A stretch of 63,786 bases of DNA, filler included, from Reticulomyxa filosa (taxonomy: Eukaryota > Protista > Foraminifera), in assembly GCA_000512085.1 (NCBI GenBank). It is 17 parts of 17 records of this genome, joined end to end, with 100 filler letters (N's around TTAATTAATTAA, not from the genome) between each part and the next. Parts side by side here need not be neighbours in the genome. Positions count along the whole stretch, not along the records: positions 12,953 to 14,542 come from ASPP01006232.1; positions 14,643 to 19,294 come from ASPP01035653.1; positions 19,395 to 22,478 come from ASPP01027035.1; positions 22,579 to 23,653 come from ASPP01034427.1; positions 23,754 to 25,417 come from ASPP01011501.1; positions 25,518 to 29,633 come from ASPP01022438.1; 11 more parts are not named here. One strand, 5' to 3'. The position numbers were made by a program, and so were the translations under genes. This document shows positions 13,124-25,622 of the stretch, one piece after another. Position 1 is the stretch's first letter. The number at the start of each line of letters is the position of its first letter. The notes under the pieces were generated by a model. That model was not told the DNA's origin and ran no database searches. It was given only the letters and a program-made list of their open reading frames with translations.

Positions 13124-13754
13124 ATGACGAGCCGTGCCCTGTTTCCGACCCTTGTCTATCGCGAGTCGCTCGTCGACCGGCGCTGGCCGCGTTTCAACCG
13201 GACCTGGCCGACGAGTGTCAGTCGCTGGCGGCCTCGGATGCGGCCGGGCAGCGCTGGTCGGCCCGGCACTATCTCGGCGGCTACACCTCCTACGGCTCGC
13301 TCGACCGCCTCCACTTGGTCTCGTCGCTGTTCGAGCGGCTGCGCCGCCGCATCGATCCGCATGTGAAGACCTTCGCGCGCGACCTCCACTACGATCTCTC
13401 CGGCCGGACGCTGGCGATGACCGATTGCTGGGCCAACCTGATGCCGGCCGGCACGGTCCATTCCATGCACATCCACCCGACCTCCTTCATCAGCGGCACC
13501 TATTACGTGTCGGTGCCCAAAGGGGCAGGGGCGATCAAGTTCGAGGACCCGCGGCTCGGCTACCAGATGGCGGCGCCGCCGCGGCGCGCGGATGCGCCGG
13601 AGGCCTATCGGGCGTTCGTGGCCTTGCGGCGCATGACGGCGATCTGGTGCTGTTCGAGAGCTGGTTGCGCCACGAGGTGCCGCCGGCGCACTTCTCCGGC
13701 GAGCGCATCTCGATTAGCTTCAACTATGCCTGTCCGCCCAAGGCCGGCCGCTGA
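13124..13754 (+). CDS. Bacterial putative 2OG-Fe(II) oxygenase (TIGR02466-like) with two apparent frameshifts
   Basis: LFPTLVY...GYTSYGSL...WANLM...HSMHIHP..ISGTYYV...FEDPR...GDLVLFESWLRHEVP...RISISFNY. The frame changes near 13200 and 13625. Confidence 0.85.
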
Positions 13755-13761
13755 AGGAACA

Positions 13762-14542
13762 ATGATGCGCTTTTTCCCCCTCGTCATCGTCCTGATCGCA
13801 GCCGCGGGCCTCTCCGTCGCAAGAGCGGCGGACGAGCTGCCGATCTTCGACGCGCACATGCACTACAGCCACGACGCCTGGTCGGTCGTGCCGCCCGGGG
13901 AAGTGGTCGAGATCCTGAAGAACGCGGGCATCAAGCGTGCCATGGTGTCGAGTTCGAACAACGAGGGCACCAAAATGCTGCAGGACGTTGCGCCGGCCAT
14001 CATCGTGCCGGAGCTGCGTCCCTACCGTTCACGCGGCGAGATCTCGACGTGGGCGAAGGACCCGACGCTGATCCCGTACCTCGAGGATCTTCTGTCGAAG
14101 CGCAAGTACAGGGCGATCGGCGAGTTCCACATCTATGGCGCCGATGCCGACCTGCCCAACGTGCGTCGCGTGGTCGAGCTCGCGAAGCAGTACGGGCTCT
14201 TCCTGCATTCGCATTCCGACGCCGATGCCGTGACGCGGCACTTCAAGCAGGACCCGAGTGCCAAGGTCCTGTGGGCGCATTCCGGCTTCGAACGGCCGGA
14301 GAAGGTGCGCGAGATGCTGCGCCAGTATCCGACCCTGTGGTGCGATCTCGCCTTCCTCACCGCGCACGTCTCGAACGGCAAGGTGGCGCCCGGCTGGCGC
14401 GAACTCTTCATCGAGTTCCCCGACCGCTTCGTGCTGGGCAGCGACACCTTCACGCCGGAGCGCTGGCACTATGTGATCGAGAATGCCCGCTGGTCGCGGC
14501 AGTGGCTTTCGGACCTGCCGCCCGATGTCGCGCGCAAGATCG
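13762..14542 (+). CDS. Bacterial secreted amidohydrolase-superfamily (TIM barrel) protein, 3' truncated
   Basis: Shine-Dalgarno-like GAAGGA upstream, signal peptide MMRFFPLVIVLIAAAGLSVARA, then FDAHMHY (HxH), IGEFH, HSHSD, WAHSG and FVLGSDT. Confidence 0.88.
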
Positions 14543-14717
14543 NNNNNNNNNNNNNNNNNNNNNNNNNNNNNNNNNNNNNNNNNNNNTTAATTAATTAANN
14601 NNNNNNNNNNNNNNNNNNNNNNNNNNNNNNNNNNNNNNNNNNATGTAGACGAAATTGTATCAAATTATGTTAGTTTTATTTTTTTTTTGTGTATTTATAT
14701 AATAGTTTGTTGTTTTA

Positions 14718-15793
14718 AAAAGACAGCAATAATATTTATGTTTGAAACGCTTCGTTCATACTCTAAATTACTCAAAACGTTCACTGGACATACAAATTGT
14801 GTGAACGCTATTGATTATTTTGAATTTGGTGATTGCAAATTAATTTGTTCTGGATCAGATGATAAAATAGTTCGTGTATGGAATATTGAAAATAACAAAC
14901 AAATTCAATTATTTGATGACATTAAAATTCGGTGCATTGCGTGAAATTTTCACCTTATCATTATCATAAAAATAATCTTAATGTAATTTGTTCATCATCA
15001 ACTGATAATACATTAATTTTTTGGGATTTCAAAGAAAACAGACAATTACAAGTATTCAAAGAACAATGTGTTCCTGTACGTAGGATGGAATTTTCAACAT
15101 TTAATTGTGATCGATATTTATGTTCTGTATCTTTGGACAAAACAATTCGTTTATTGGATGCTGAAGCGTTTAAAATATTGCATATTTTCAATGGACACGA
15201 AGGTGGTGTACGTAGTATTGATATTTCACCATTGCATATCAATTATAAAAACAAGAATAAAAATAATAGTGTTGGTGTAATTGGTGGTAATGGATATAAA
15301 ATTTTTTCTGGATCTGATGATAAAACAATTCGTATATGGTATATTGAAACAACAAAACAATTAAATGTATTCAAAGGACATGATAGTTCAGTTATAAGTG
15401 TAAAATATGGATCAAATGAATCAATAATTAGTGGTGGTAAAAATACAATATTATCTGGCTCATGGGATAAGCGTCCGTTTATGGGATACTAGATCTGGTC
15501 CTCAAATTCAAGTATTCAATGGACATATAACTCATTTAAATGTTGTAGATTATGCACCATTTGTAATTGATAATATTGAAATTAATAATATTTCAAGTGT
15601 GATATGTTCTGGATCATGGGATAACACAATTCGATTTTGGGACATTCGATCAAATAAAAAAGAATTATATGTGATGAAAGAAAGTGATCATAATGGAATA
15701 TTATATCTTAAATTTATAACAATTAGAAATAATGATTGTTTTGTTCATTTATGTTACGGCTCATGTAAAGGTCTAATTCGTGTTTGGGGATAA
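14718..15793 (+). pseudogene. WD40-repeat gene of an expanded lineage-specific family, frameshifted, 5' truncated
   Basis: FTGHTNCVNAID, ICSGSDDKIVRVWN, FNGHEGGV and SGSWDNTIRFWDIRS are split over three frames, with breaks near 14920 and 15470. Confidence 0.8.
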
Positions 15794-16130
15794 ATACTAT
15801 TTATATTTTTAAAAAGTTTATTTTGAATGAATTTGCTTGATTTCATTTTTTTAATTAGTATTTTGATATATTCAATTTTTTCAAGGGACAGCAAAAAAAA
15901 GTTTAAATGCATTGATATATTTAGCACGTGTATAAAAAAGTATTTTGACAAATAAATTGAATCAAAAGTTAAAGCGGAAGTAAACAAAAGCAGTGACAAG
16001 GGGCAAAAAAATTTTGTGTTACGCATTGAGCTCTTGCATGCTTGGCTCTCATTTGCGTGAAAAAGCACGATTTTTATTATCCTTCAAGCAATTTTTATTT
16101 TGCCTCCGCACGTCCGTCACATCTGGCAAA

Positions 16131-18281
16131 ATGGTGATGCTTTTCATTGGAGTCCTTTTTGTTTTGTATCAGTGCGCACTATCACAAGTCACAACAAACG
16201 GCCAGTAAATATACTATCCCCCAACATGCCACAACGACAACAAAAACAGAAGGCGTAGGACAAGAGGGAGAGGGAGTACGCAAGAAAACAAATAAACCGC
16301 TTTGTTTGTTTTTTTTTAATCATTAATCATATCAAAAAAAAAATTTTTCCGAGACAAAAAAAAAGGTTGTAATTATCAAAATGAAGTGTGTTATCTTGAA
16401 CAATAGACATAACTTCGTCTTCGAGTTTCCAATATGAATACGCAGTGGTAATCGATGCAGGAAGCACAGGGTCACGCATTCATGTGTACCAATTTAAGCG
16501 CAAGCCAAACGAATTGTTGATTGATATTGATTTCCGCAATGAAAAGTATTACAAGTTTAAACCAGGGCTATCATCATTCGACAAAAGCTCACTCACAAGC
16601 CACGAAATTGCGCAGTACTTTTCGCCATTGCTCAACTACGCACGCGAACACGTGCCTATGCAAATGCGCTCGAAAACCCCACTGTATGTTCTAGCCACCG
16701 CGGGGATGCGCAAAGTGCGGGAAAGAAACCCGCAGATGGCGGCTACCATCATGCGAATTTGCGCAGAGGAGTTGAAAAAGACAGAATTTATAGTGCACGA
16801 ACAGTGGGTGCGAATTATTGAAGGAAGAGACGAAGGTCTGTGGGGTTGGATCACTGCAAATTATTTGAATGGAGAAATTCAAAACGCAGTGAAATTGGGA
16901 TCACCTTTTAAGGTTTGTTTTTTTTTTTTTTGGGAGAAAAAAAAAAGGGGGGGGGGGGGAGAGGAATAAATATAACACAAACAAAAAAAGTAAACAAATA
17001 AATAAAATAAATAAAAAATTAAATAATAAATAAATAAAGGCACGAACCCGTGGCGTTTTAGAAATGGGCGGAGAATCACTTCAAATATCATTTATTCCAC
17101 CACCACAGCAACTATCAAAGATTCCAAGCCAATACGTCACAAGGGTCGACATTGGAAGTGTCGTGTTTCCAATCTTTACACACTCGTATATGGGCTTAGG
17201 GATGGAAGTTACGTTTGAGTGATGACTACGTTGAAAGAGCTTCAAAAGTAGGCAATTTTTAACATTCGAAGGATTTAAATACACAAAAAGATGAATTGAC
17301 GAATAAACAAAACAAAATAGGCAGCGCAAGGCAAATTAGATATGTATCTCGCCAACAATGGACATAAAGATGAGTCTCCTTGCTATTTAAGAGGGGATGA
17401 ACGCGATTATATACATGAGCAAATCACGTGGCGAGGGAAGGGTAACTTTGATGAGTGCTATCAACATTTGAATCAATTAGTTGATACCAAAAAATGTCCG
17501 ATCGACGCATTGGGACATGGAGAAGACGGATCACTAGAAGGACGTGTTTTTACCTGCACTCCTAATGGCATACTCATGCCACACATCTCCAACGATCTTG
17601 CCTTTTATTGGATTGAAAATTTCTATTACACTGCCCGCGTCTTAAATATTGACAGTATCGATGGAAAAAGCTTTTTGCAGGTGTTGAAAGAGAAGGGAAG
17701 AAGCTTTTGCGCTTTGGATAAAACTTTTGCTTCGCAACAGTTCCCAGGTGCCTCGACTGAAGAAATCGCCAAAGTACGTGTTTTTTTTTTTGGACATGTT
17801 ACAGTGGGTCTACTATATACATATATTTTTTTTTGCACTTTGTCCACATAGACATGCTTTTGCGCGGCGTGGCTTTCTGTAATGATTGACAATGGGTTTT
17901 CTTTGGCTGAATTCAACAATTATCAAGTGATTCGTGACATCAATGAAGTTGGAATTGATTGGGCTCTTGGGTTCTTAGTGCAACATTCTAATGATGCTTT
18001 GACTCAAACTTCAATGGTGTGATCCTTTGATTCTTTTGATGTTCGTAAATACAATATCCCTTTTTTTTTTAGCGTATCTTTAAAATGGGTTTATGGTTTG
18101 AATGCAAAAAAAAAAGTCTTGGGGGGTGATAGGATTATGGCTATTGGCAATTTTGCTTTTAGTAGCGTATTACTTCTACAAGAACCCCGCACGTTGGCAG
18201 TGGATTTACAAACTAAAATGGTTTACCAAAAAACAATTTGGAGGTGTACGTTATTCACGTACGAGTAGCGTTGAAATTTAG
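16131..18281 (+). CDS. GDA1/CD39 family apyrase (NTPDase) with signal peptide and C-terminal TM (spliced)
   Basis: ACR1 VIDAGSTGSRIH, ACR2 ATAGMR, ACR3 EGRDEGLWGWITANY, ACR4 variant LEMGGESLQ, ACR5 IDWALG. The terminal exon reads LWLLAILLLVAYYFY, with the stop ending at 18281. Confidence 0.93.
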
Positions 18282-18849
18282 CTCGCATTGCTTTTGGTTG
18301 GAAAGTACACAATGCAACTTCCTCTCATTTTTCTTTTACACAAATGTATTGCTTTTTCTTTCAATTTAAACATCAAGACGAAATTTTGTGATACACGAAA
18401 AATTGTGAGCTTATCCTTACTTCTTTTCACATATTACTCAACTTATTTTTTAAAGAAAAAAATAGTCGATTATCTTTGTCACATATTTTTTTTTTTTTTC
18501 AGAATAATAAAAAAAGATTGTATTTTATTTGTACACGAAACTGGTTACGGTGCAGTAATATTGATCAAATAACAATCTTTTTGTATAATTACTTGATTTG
18601 TTTTTTGATTCAATTTAAAAAAAAATTTTGTTAATGGAAAATGTAGTTTAATATTCTAAATGATTTAAAAAAAGGACATTTGCGTCTTTGAAAATAGTTT
18701 CAATGAACCAAGAGGTCCGTATTTCGACTTTATTTAATGGAATTAACATATTAAATCAAAAACAACAATTGATTTTATTTGCATGTGTAGTCATTTTAAA
18801 AATTCCTAGTTGATGAAAGACAATTTGAAACTTGCGTGCGAAACACAGC

Positions 18850-19294
18850 TTATGAAGGTGCTAACGGCATTTTGGGTACCAGCTTAGCATAGCGACTACA
18901 GCTCATTCTATCGAACAACGAATTCTGCATAAAGTTCAGTATTCTTGGCCTGTAAAAAAAAAAAAAAAAGCACAACAAGAAATGATAACAATAACAATAA
19001 TTAATAATTAATAATGATAAATAATAGTAATATTATCACAGTAATAAAAATATTATCTACTAATAATACTTATTATTATTTATCATTATCAATTATTAAT
19101 TATGTTATTGTTATCATTTCTTAACATGCCCGCCTCGCCTCTATCTATCTCCTAAAGTTTAGTGAACATGCTTTAGAATGCTCTTCCAATTCGTATCGGT
19201 CTTGCTCAGCTTGCGCGATAAACATTTGCAGTTGCTGCATACATCGTTGGTAGATATCGTCAGGCTTAGGCTGCACGCGCCGGGAGACAAGGAT
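18850..19294 (-). CDS. 3' exons of an unidentified gene
   Basis: A small exon EIDRGEAGM is joined through intron 19125-18950 to PRILNFMQNSLFDRMSCSRYAKLVPKMPLAPS*. Confidence 0.4.
18977..19122. repeat. ~60-bp imperfect inverted repeat (fold-back) filling an intron
   Basis: The arm aagaaatgataacaataacaataattaataattaataatgataaataata pairs with ...tattatttatcattatcaattattaattatgttattgttatcatttctt. Confidence 0.9.
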
Positions 19295-19394
19295 NNNNNN
19301 NNNNNNNNNNNNNNNNNNNNNNNNNNNNNNNNNNNNNNTTAATTAATTAANNNNNNNNNNNNNNNNNNNNNNNNNNNNNNNNNNNNNNNNNNNN

Positions 19395-21993
19395 TTCGAT
19401 ACCGTAATGTCGATCTCGTTTTTTTTGCGCAGTATTTTCATGTCTTTCTTTCTGGATGTCGGTGCTGCCGACTACGAACGAAAGCAAGCTTACCAAGAAT
19501 AAAGATGATCCTTGATTGAACTGGTGTGATTTTTTTTCAACTATTCCAATGCCATCATATGATGGACATTTTCAAAATACGAAGTTCTTCCACCATCATC
19601 GCCCTTGTGATGAGTGATGCGCATTGGCGTTGGATAATGGTCGTTTTTTGAAATTTCTGCATCCATCACAATGAGCATACATTCGATGATATTTGGTTTG
19701 GCGATCCAATGATGGAGTGATAGTACAATTCTTCGTTATTGGGCGTATTCGTTCTAAGTGCCATGATTTGACGATGTTTGATCACTCGCGATTCAAATTT
19801 GAAACCATGTCGACTCGAATTTAACTTAAAAAAAAAAAATTGGTGGTCTTTACTTCATTTTTCTCCAAATGCTGGGAAAATGCAACAAAGTATTATCACA
19901 TCCAATACACCGTTCGTACTTCATAGTCGATCCAAGAGACTATCGAACAAGCACAGATTATCTTTGCCGAATAATGAGAGGCAGGCGAATTTTACAGTAG
20001 AAAATGCAACTAGCTATTTTTATCTTTCTCTATTCATATATCATCAATACCTATGTCAATCGAAAGATTACCATTCATCCAGTCGTAGTATACGTGCAAT
20101 TCGAAATCCAAAATTGCGACTGTGCGCACGTACAAGACCAGTCTCGGCACGAATAGTTTGCATTATTTTTATTGCAACCTTGCTCGTGGAGCCGATGGAT
20201 CGCAGTTTGACGCACGCCTGGAAACGTAAAGTCGCTACTCGCGGGCGTGAAGGCCAATAACCAAATTTAGAAAATCTGGAAACTAGTCATTTTTTTTTAA
20301 GATCCAACGCGAATGATTTCAACGTTCTCTTTATTATCTTCATACTCCTCCTACTAATCATCTTTTCTTCTTGCTTGCCTATGCGTTGACGGAGTTTCGC
20401 GCAACTCCTCCACTAAATTGAACCACTATCACATATAGCGATTCTCCCGATGTGGCGATCATAATGAGTGGACATTTTTTAACAACTTCATCGCCTTCCA
20501 CTTTTTCTCTACAATCATTGCGACACCACAATGTCTATATCATTTCTACTTTGTGTGTATTATCATATTTATTTTTTTTCTTCTTGGCAAGCTGCATTCG
20601 CCGTTTGGGACCAAGATCTCGATTGTTCGGATTGAACTGTGGACATCTTATCAACTAGAGCTAATAGACTTCGTAATTGAAGGTATCATCACCTTTGCAA
20701 TGAGAGACATTTTTGCGCGATGTTTCCAGTATATCCAGCGTTTAAATTAGCGATCTATCGGTATATGCACGATCCAAACTCCAAAATATACGACCAGTTT
20801 CTATTATTTTTTTGTGCTCATAAAATTAGCGCAATTTCCATGACATTGAGTTTCCTTGTTTTAGCGCCGACAGATCAAAGTTGGGCGCTTTCTTTGTCGG
20901 TTTGCAAGTCTACAATTATTTTAATAGACTTGTGTGCCGACGTTGATTGATATCAACTTATTTCCAAACTTCGCGTTGACATTTCCACACTCGTTCTTCG
21001 CCTTTCACTTGAACACACTATTGAACGCTATTTCACGCCTGCGAGTAGCGACTTTGAGCGTTTCCATATATAAAGGCCAATTTCCATCTACAAACTTAAA
21101 AAAATATATGACGTATTTTTTTAAAAAAAACAAATCCAACGAGATTTAACTTTGGCTTTTTTTTTATCTTCGTCGTCTTTCTTCTTATGGCCGGTGTCTT
21201 GACTTCACCACAACTCATCCACCACTTTGCACGATTTCCACTTTTTTCTTTCTTGTCGGCACCAACGATTTATTCAATCACGTATGCAAAATCCAAAGTC
21301 TCGAAGTGCGCAAGCACAAAACAATTTCTTTTTTTTCCTGGCGCTATTACTCTTCTTGATCGCCGACACCTTGACTTCTGGCTCCAACAAATCTTTTGCT
21401 GCTGTTGTTGGTTCTTTGCTTCTACTCTTACTCTTTTTTTTCTTCATAATTTTTTTTTCTACACTTTTCACTTTCCTTTTTTTCTCTTTTTATCTTTTTT
21501 TTTCTTTTTTCTCATTTTGATCTTTTTTTTTTCTTTTTTCACATTGTCATTTTTTTATTTTATTTTATTTTACAACATTTTTTTCATTCTTAATTTTTTA
21601 ATTCTTTTTTAATTTTTCTCATTCTCTTTAATTTTTTCTATTTCTCAAATAAAAATTTTTTCAATATTTTTTTCAACTCTTTTTTTCCCCACCATATTTT
21701 TTCCATCAACCATATTTTTCCCCCCAACTTTTTCCAACAATATTTTTTTCCCCCAACCTTTTTTCCCCCACATTTTTTCCCTAATATCTCTAAAAAAAAT
21801 TTTTTAAAAAAACTTTACAAATTGCTTTCTTGACCCCTATCAACATATCCACAAAGCAAAGTTTTGTTTGTTTTTTTTTCTTAAAAAAAATAATAAATTC
21901 TTGACTGTTGAGCGCAAAGCTCTACTTCTAATTTTCATATATTTTATTTTCTTTTGCAAACATTATTTTTTTTTGATGGGGGGCATGCCTATT
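19395..21993 (-). pseudogene. Decayed member of an unidentified tandem-unit gene/element family
   Basis: Broken minus-strand frames (SAHKSIKIIV, VMEIALIL, GNAQSRYSQA) are homologous to 30150-33050. The leader motif gatggggggcatgcctatt is shared with 33544. Confidence 0.5.
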
Positions 21994-23776
21994 CATAAAT
22001 ACACGTATACTTTTTATTAAAAATAAAAAAATAAACAAACAAACAAATAAACCTTTTAATTTTTTTTTAGCGCAGGGTGGCTTCGACCCCGAAGTTTTTC
22101 TTTGGAGTGAGGATATACACATTTTTTTTTTGGATATAGGGCTGCAGCTGTTATCGCAAGACACAAAATACCATTATGTCAAAAAAATAAAAAAATTTAA
22201 AAAAATATAACAAACCATAATTTCTCCTTGCGGAGACGGAGGGCCTTACCCCTTTTCTTTTTCTTTTGTTGTAAGATGCACAGCATCCAAACAGAAAAGC
22301 AATTTTTTTTTAAGTGGGAGCTGTTGAAAAGCAAACCACTTTTATTTTTAAGTTGAAAAATTTTAAAAAAAGAGATACCAGTGAAAGAGGGTGCAATCAC
22401 CCTGATGACGAGCTGTTACGACGAGACAGACAACCAAAAAAAAAAAAAGACCTTTTTTTTCATTAAGACATAAATGGANNNNNNNNNNNNNNNNNNNNNN
22501 NNNNNNNNNNNNNNNNNNNNNNTTAATTAATTAANNNNNNNNNNNNNNNNNNNNNNNNNNNNNNNNNNNNNNNNNNNNTTCACAAAAGAAAAAAGTTGCG
22601 CTACAAAAGAATTGAATAAGAAGAAACAGGATCATTGGATTCTCTTGCTTGTGTGCTAATTTAATGCAGATTGTTTCAAAGTAGGTGAAATCTTGAGCGC
22701 ATTACAGTTAAAAAAATAAAAAAGCTGGGACTAAGCTCTCCCTTGTGGCATAATGTTTTGATTGATAGTTTTCATTTGATAAAACAAATTAACAATATAA
22801 TAACTGACTTAAATAATAGTTGCTGAATTGAAAAAAATAATTTTCCTGTGGCTACGATTTTCTTTTCTATGTGATTTAATTTTTGATCTTTTTCAAAAAA
22901 TTATTCTAAAAAATGATAAACCATACAAAGTCTTTCGAACGAGAAAAAATCAGAGTAAACACAAAATAATATCCTTCAATCAGACTATAGCATCAGCAAG
23001 TACTTATTACCATAGTTATTCTTTTGAAGATGTAATGATTCTGTTACTTGATTTGTATTGTTTATTCATTCTTGTATTGTGTAAGGAAGATCCAAATTTG
23101 CATTACTGTTATGAAATATGTCTGGCGCATACATCATTTTGATAATAACAAAATTCCTTATTGTGTGCCATAACAGTATTTTTAAAAAACAAAAAACAGT
23201 TCTTTTCACAAGCATTTTAGATGTAATTCTGCTACAATTATTTATACTCTTCTCGATACTGTAGATATTCAAGAGCACATTCTTTGAAACACGAAGTCAT
23301 TCGCTCGTTTACTAGTTTATGTATTCCCTTTTTTTATTTTCACCTTTTTCGTGCTGTGACAACAAAAAAAACTAAAAGAAACATCTTTTGTCGCAAAAAC
23401 GCAACCAATTTGCCTTAAAAAAAAATAGAATACATTTAAAAAATGACAACAACAAAATACGTATAATAGGTCTCAAAAGTGGCCTAATAAAATAATTTTT
23501 TATTTTGATTCCTTTTCCCTCTTTTCCTTAAAAGTGAGTAAGTAAAATCGAATTATTATATCCCATTGAAAAGTATTTGAGACAACAAAAACGTTTTCAT
23601 TGAGGATACAAAAAAGCTTGAGAAAATGTGTTGTAATTATTGCAAACGCTCACNNNNNNNNNNNNNNNNNNNNNNNNNNNNNNNNNNNNNNNNNNNNTTA
23701 ATTAATTAANNNNNNNNNNNNNNNNNNNNNNNNNNNNNNNNNNNNNNNNNNNNAAAAAAAAAAAAAAAAAAAAAAA

Positions 23777-25394
23777 TCAAAGCAAAAGCAAAAAATATTT
23801 AAAAACTTGAAGTTGGCGTTGTAGTGTTTGCAAATGACCAATTTCGTCATTTTGTTTGGCAAACAATGAAGACATTTGGGTTAATTCTTTGGTTTTGTGT
23901 TCAATCAACGCATTCAAATTATCAATTTCATTTTTTTGACACGATATTGTTGTTTCCATGCTCTCAAATTGTTCTGTCGGCAAAATGATGCCCTTTTCAT
24001 TGCGCAAAGCTTCAATTTGTCGTTTGTAGTCGTTCAGCGTGGCCTGCAACTCTTTTACATACGTTTTCTGAGTCATCGCCACATTCACTTCGGGCTTGTT
24101 TTGAATATTTTTCGCACGTAACGCATAATCCAGTGTCGATAAACTTTCGTCTAAAGAGCTCTCTGGTGACACCGTGGCAATCAGCAGACTTTTATTTATT
24201 TATTTACTTACTTATTTACTTATTTGTTATTGTGTCAAAGACCACACAGATTCAACGAAACGTCTTATTCCGGCCTCCCAAGCTTTCTTGCAGCAACCGA
24301 GTTAGTTTGGACTCACTTTTTTTTTATTTGATAAATGCTGTTGTTAATTGACAGCTCCATTACAAATAAATAAAAATAGATATAAATGGATTCTTATGTA
24401 TTGTACATACCGGTATGGAATATGCTTTTGGCGATCAACCAAAGCAGAGATAACGCGACCCAAGGTCAACAAACTCGTGTTAATGTGTCCAGCTTCAACG
24501 GCCCTTTGATCAATCGCACCGCTTCGAGCAATTGACTCAGACCCGGCCAAATCCACCAAATTTAGTGTTCCTGTTTTCACCAAATCCTCTGTTTCCATCA
24601 CTTCTCGCATCCGGATCACAATCGTAAATATGCAATGACTTCGAGAAGATCTTTCATTCAAATTGGTTGACGCAACACGTCTTCGCTGAGAGCTGCAACA
24701 ACACACGACAACAAATTATATACAAATATGGGAGAGCAATAAAAAATATGTGTTGTGTGTTGTATGTGCGCTTTTTTTTTTTTTTTTTTTGTAACCTTTT
24801 GAATAAAATATTAAAAATATCTTGAGGACATTTCACAAGCACTTCTTCTAAACCTCGGACAAATAACCCAGAACCATTTTTACGAGAACAGTGTTTTGCT
24901 GAGTCATCTTTTAACAAGATCAGCTTTTTACTTGTTTCGTCTGTTGCTAACAAATCTCTCAACTCCTCGTTATAAATTTCTAAATGACTCACCGATACCG
25001 CAGACTCAATTTTTTCATCTTTCAAACGTTCAAAGATTGCTCCAATCGCGCGTGGAATAATGCCGTCATTGCTGTTGTTAACCCCACCGCTGCTGTGTTC
25101 CGCATGTGCTGTTTCTGCTGACAGAAATCGGTCTCCTTCCATTGTAAATGTTTTTCCACTTCCAGTTTGTCCATACGCAAATACTGTACAGTTGTAACCA
25201 CTTAATACATCACAAATTATTGGTTCTATTGCCGACTCAAACAACATTTGTTGATTGGCTGAGTTGTCAAATACCATGTCATAAGTGTACAGTCGATGTC
25301 CATCTCGTCCACGTGTTTTTGGCACTATTATACCCACTTGATTCTTACGAGAATTGCAAACAATTTCACATAGACCTTTTTCGTTTTTCAACAA
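23777..25394 (-). CDS. Kinesin-5 (BimC/Eg5-like) motor, partial, spliced
   Basis: [44 protein letters not shown], and neck NIQNKPEVN (kinesin-5 type) followed by a coiled coil. Confidence 0.92.
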
Positions 25395-25622
25395 AGGCCT
25401 TTTTTTTTTTTTTTTTTNNNNNNNNNNNNNNNNNNNNNNNNNNNNNNNNNNNNNNNNNNNNTTAATTAATTAANNNNNNNNNNNNNNNNNNNNNNNNNNN
25501 NNNNNNNNNNNNNNNNNTTTTTTTTTTTTAGGTTTTTTTTTTTTTTTTTTTTGTTGCTGTTATTTATTGTTCTTTGAATCAACAATGATTTTTTTTTTTT
25601 TTTCAATAAAAAAAAAAAAAGG

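Noticed and set aside
13315-14598. 427-aa oxygenase-amidohydrolase fusion ORF
   Set aside because: An artefact of a frameshift near 13625. The oxygenase C-terminus is in another frame and the amidohydrolase has its own Shine-Dalgarno site and signal peptide.
21187-21612. Phe-rich ORFs here and at 32917-33368, and poly-Ile/Tyr ORFs at 9249-9574 and 53995-54906
   Set aside because: These are antisense or alternative-frame translations of T-rich and AAT microsatellite tracts.
21975-21993. ggggggcatgcct resembling the 3' end of 5.8S rRNA
   Set aside because: No other 5.8S conserved motifs or rDNA context nearby.
22400-22432. CTGATGA...GAGAC as a hammerhead ribozyme, and a 13-mer shared with 33746-33758
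   Set aside because: It lacks the GAAA core and convincing stems. A 13-mer match is expected by chance in a window this size.
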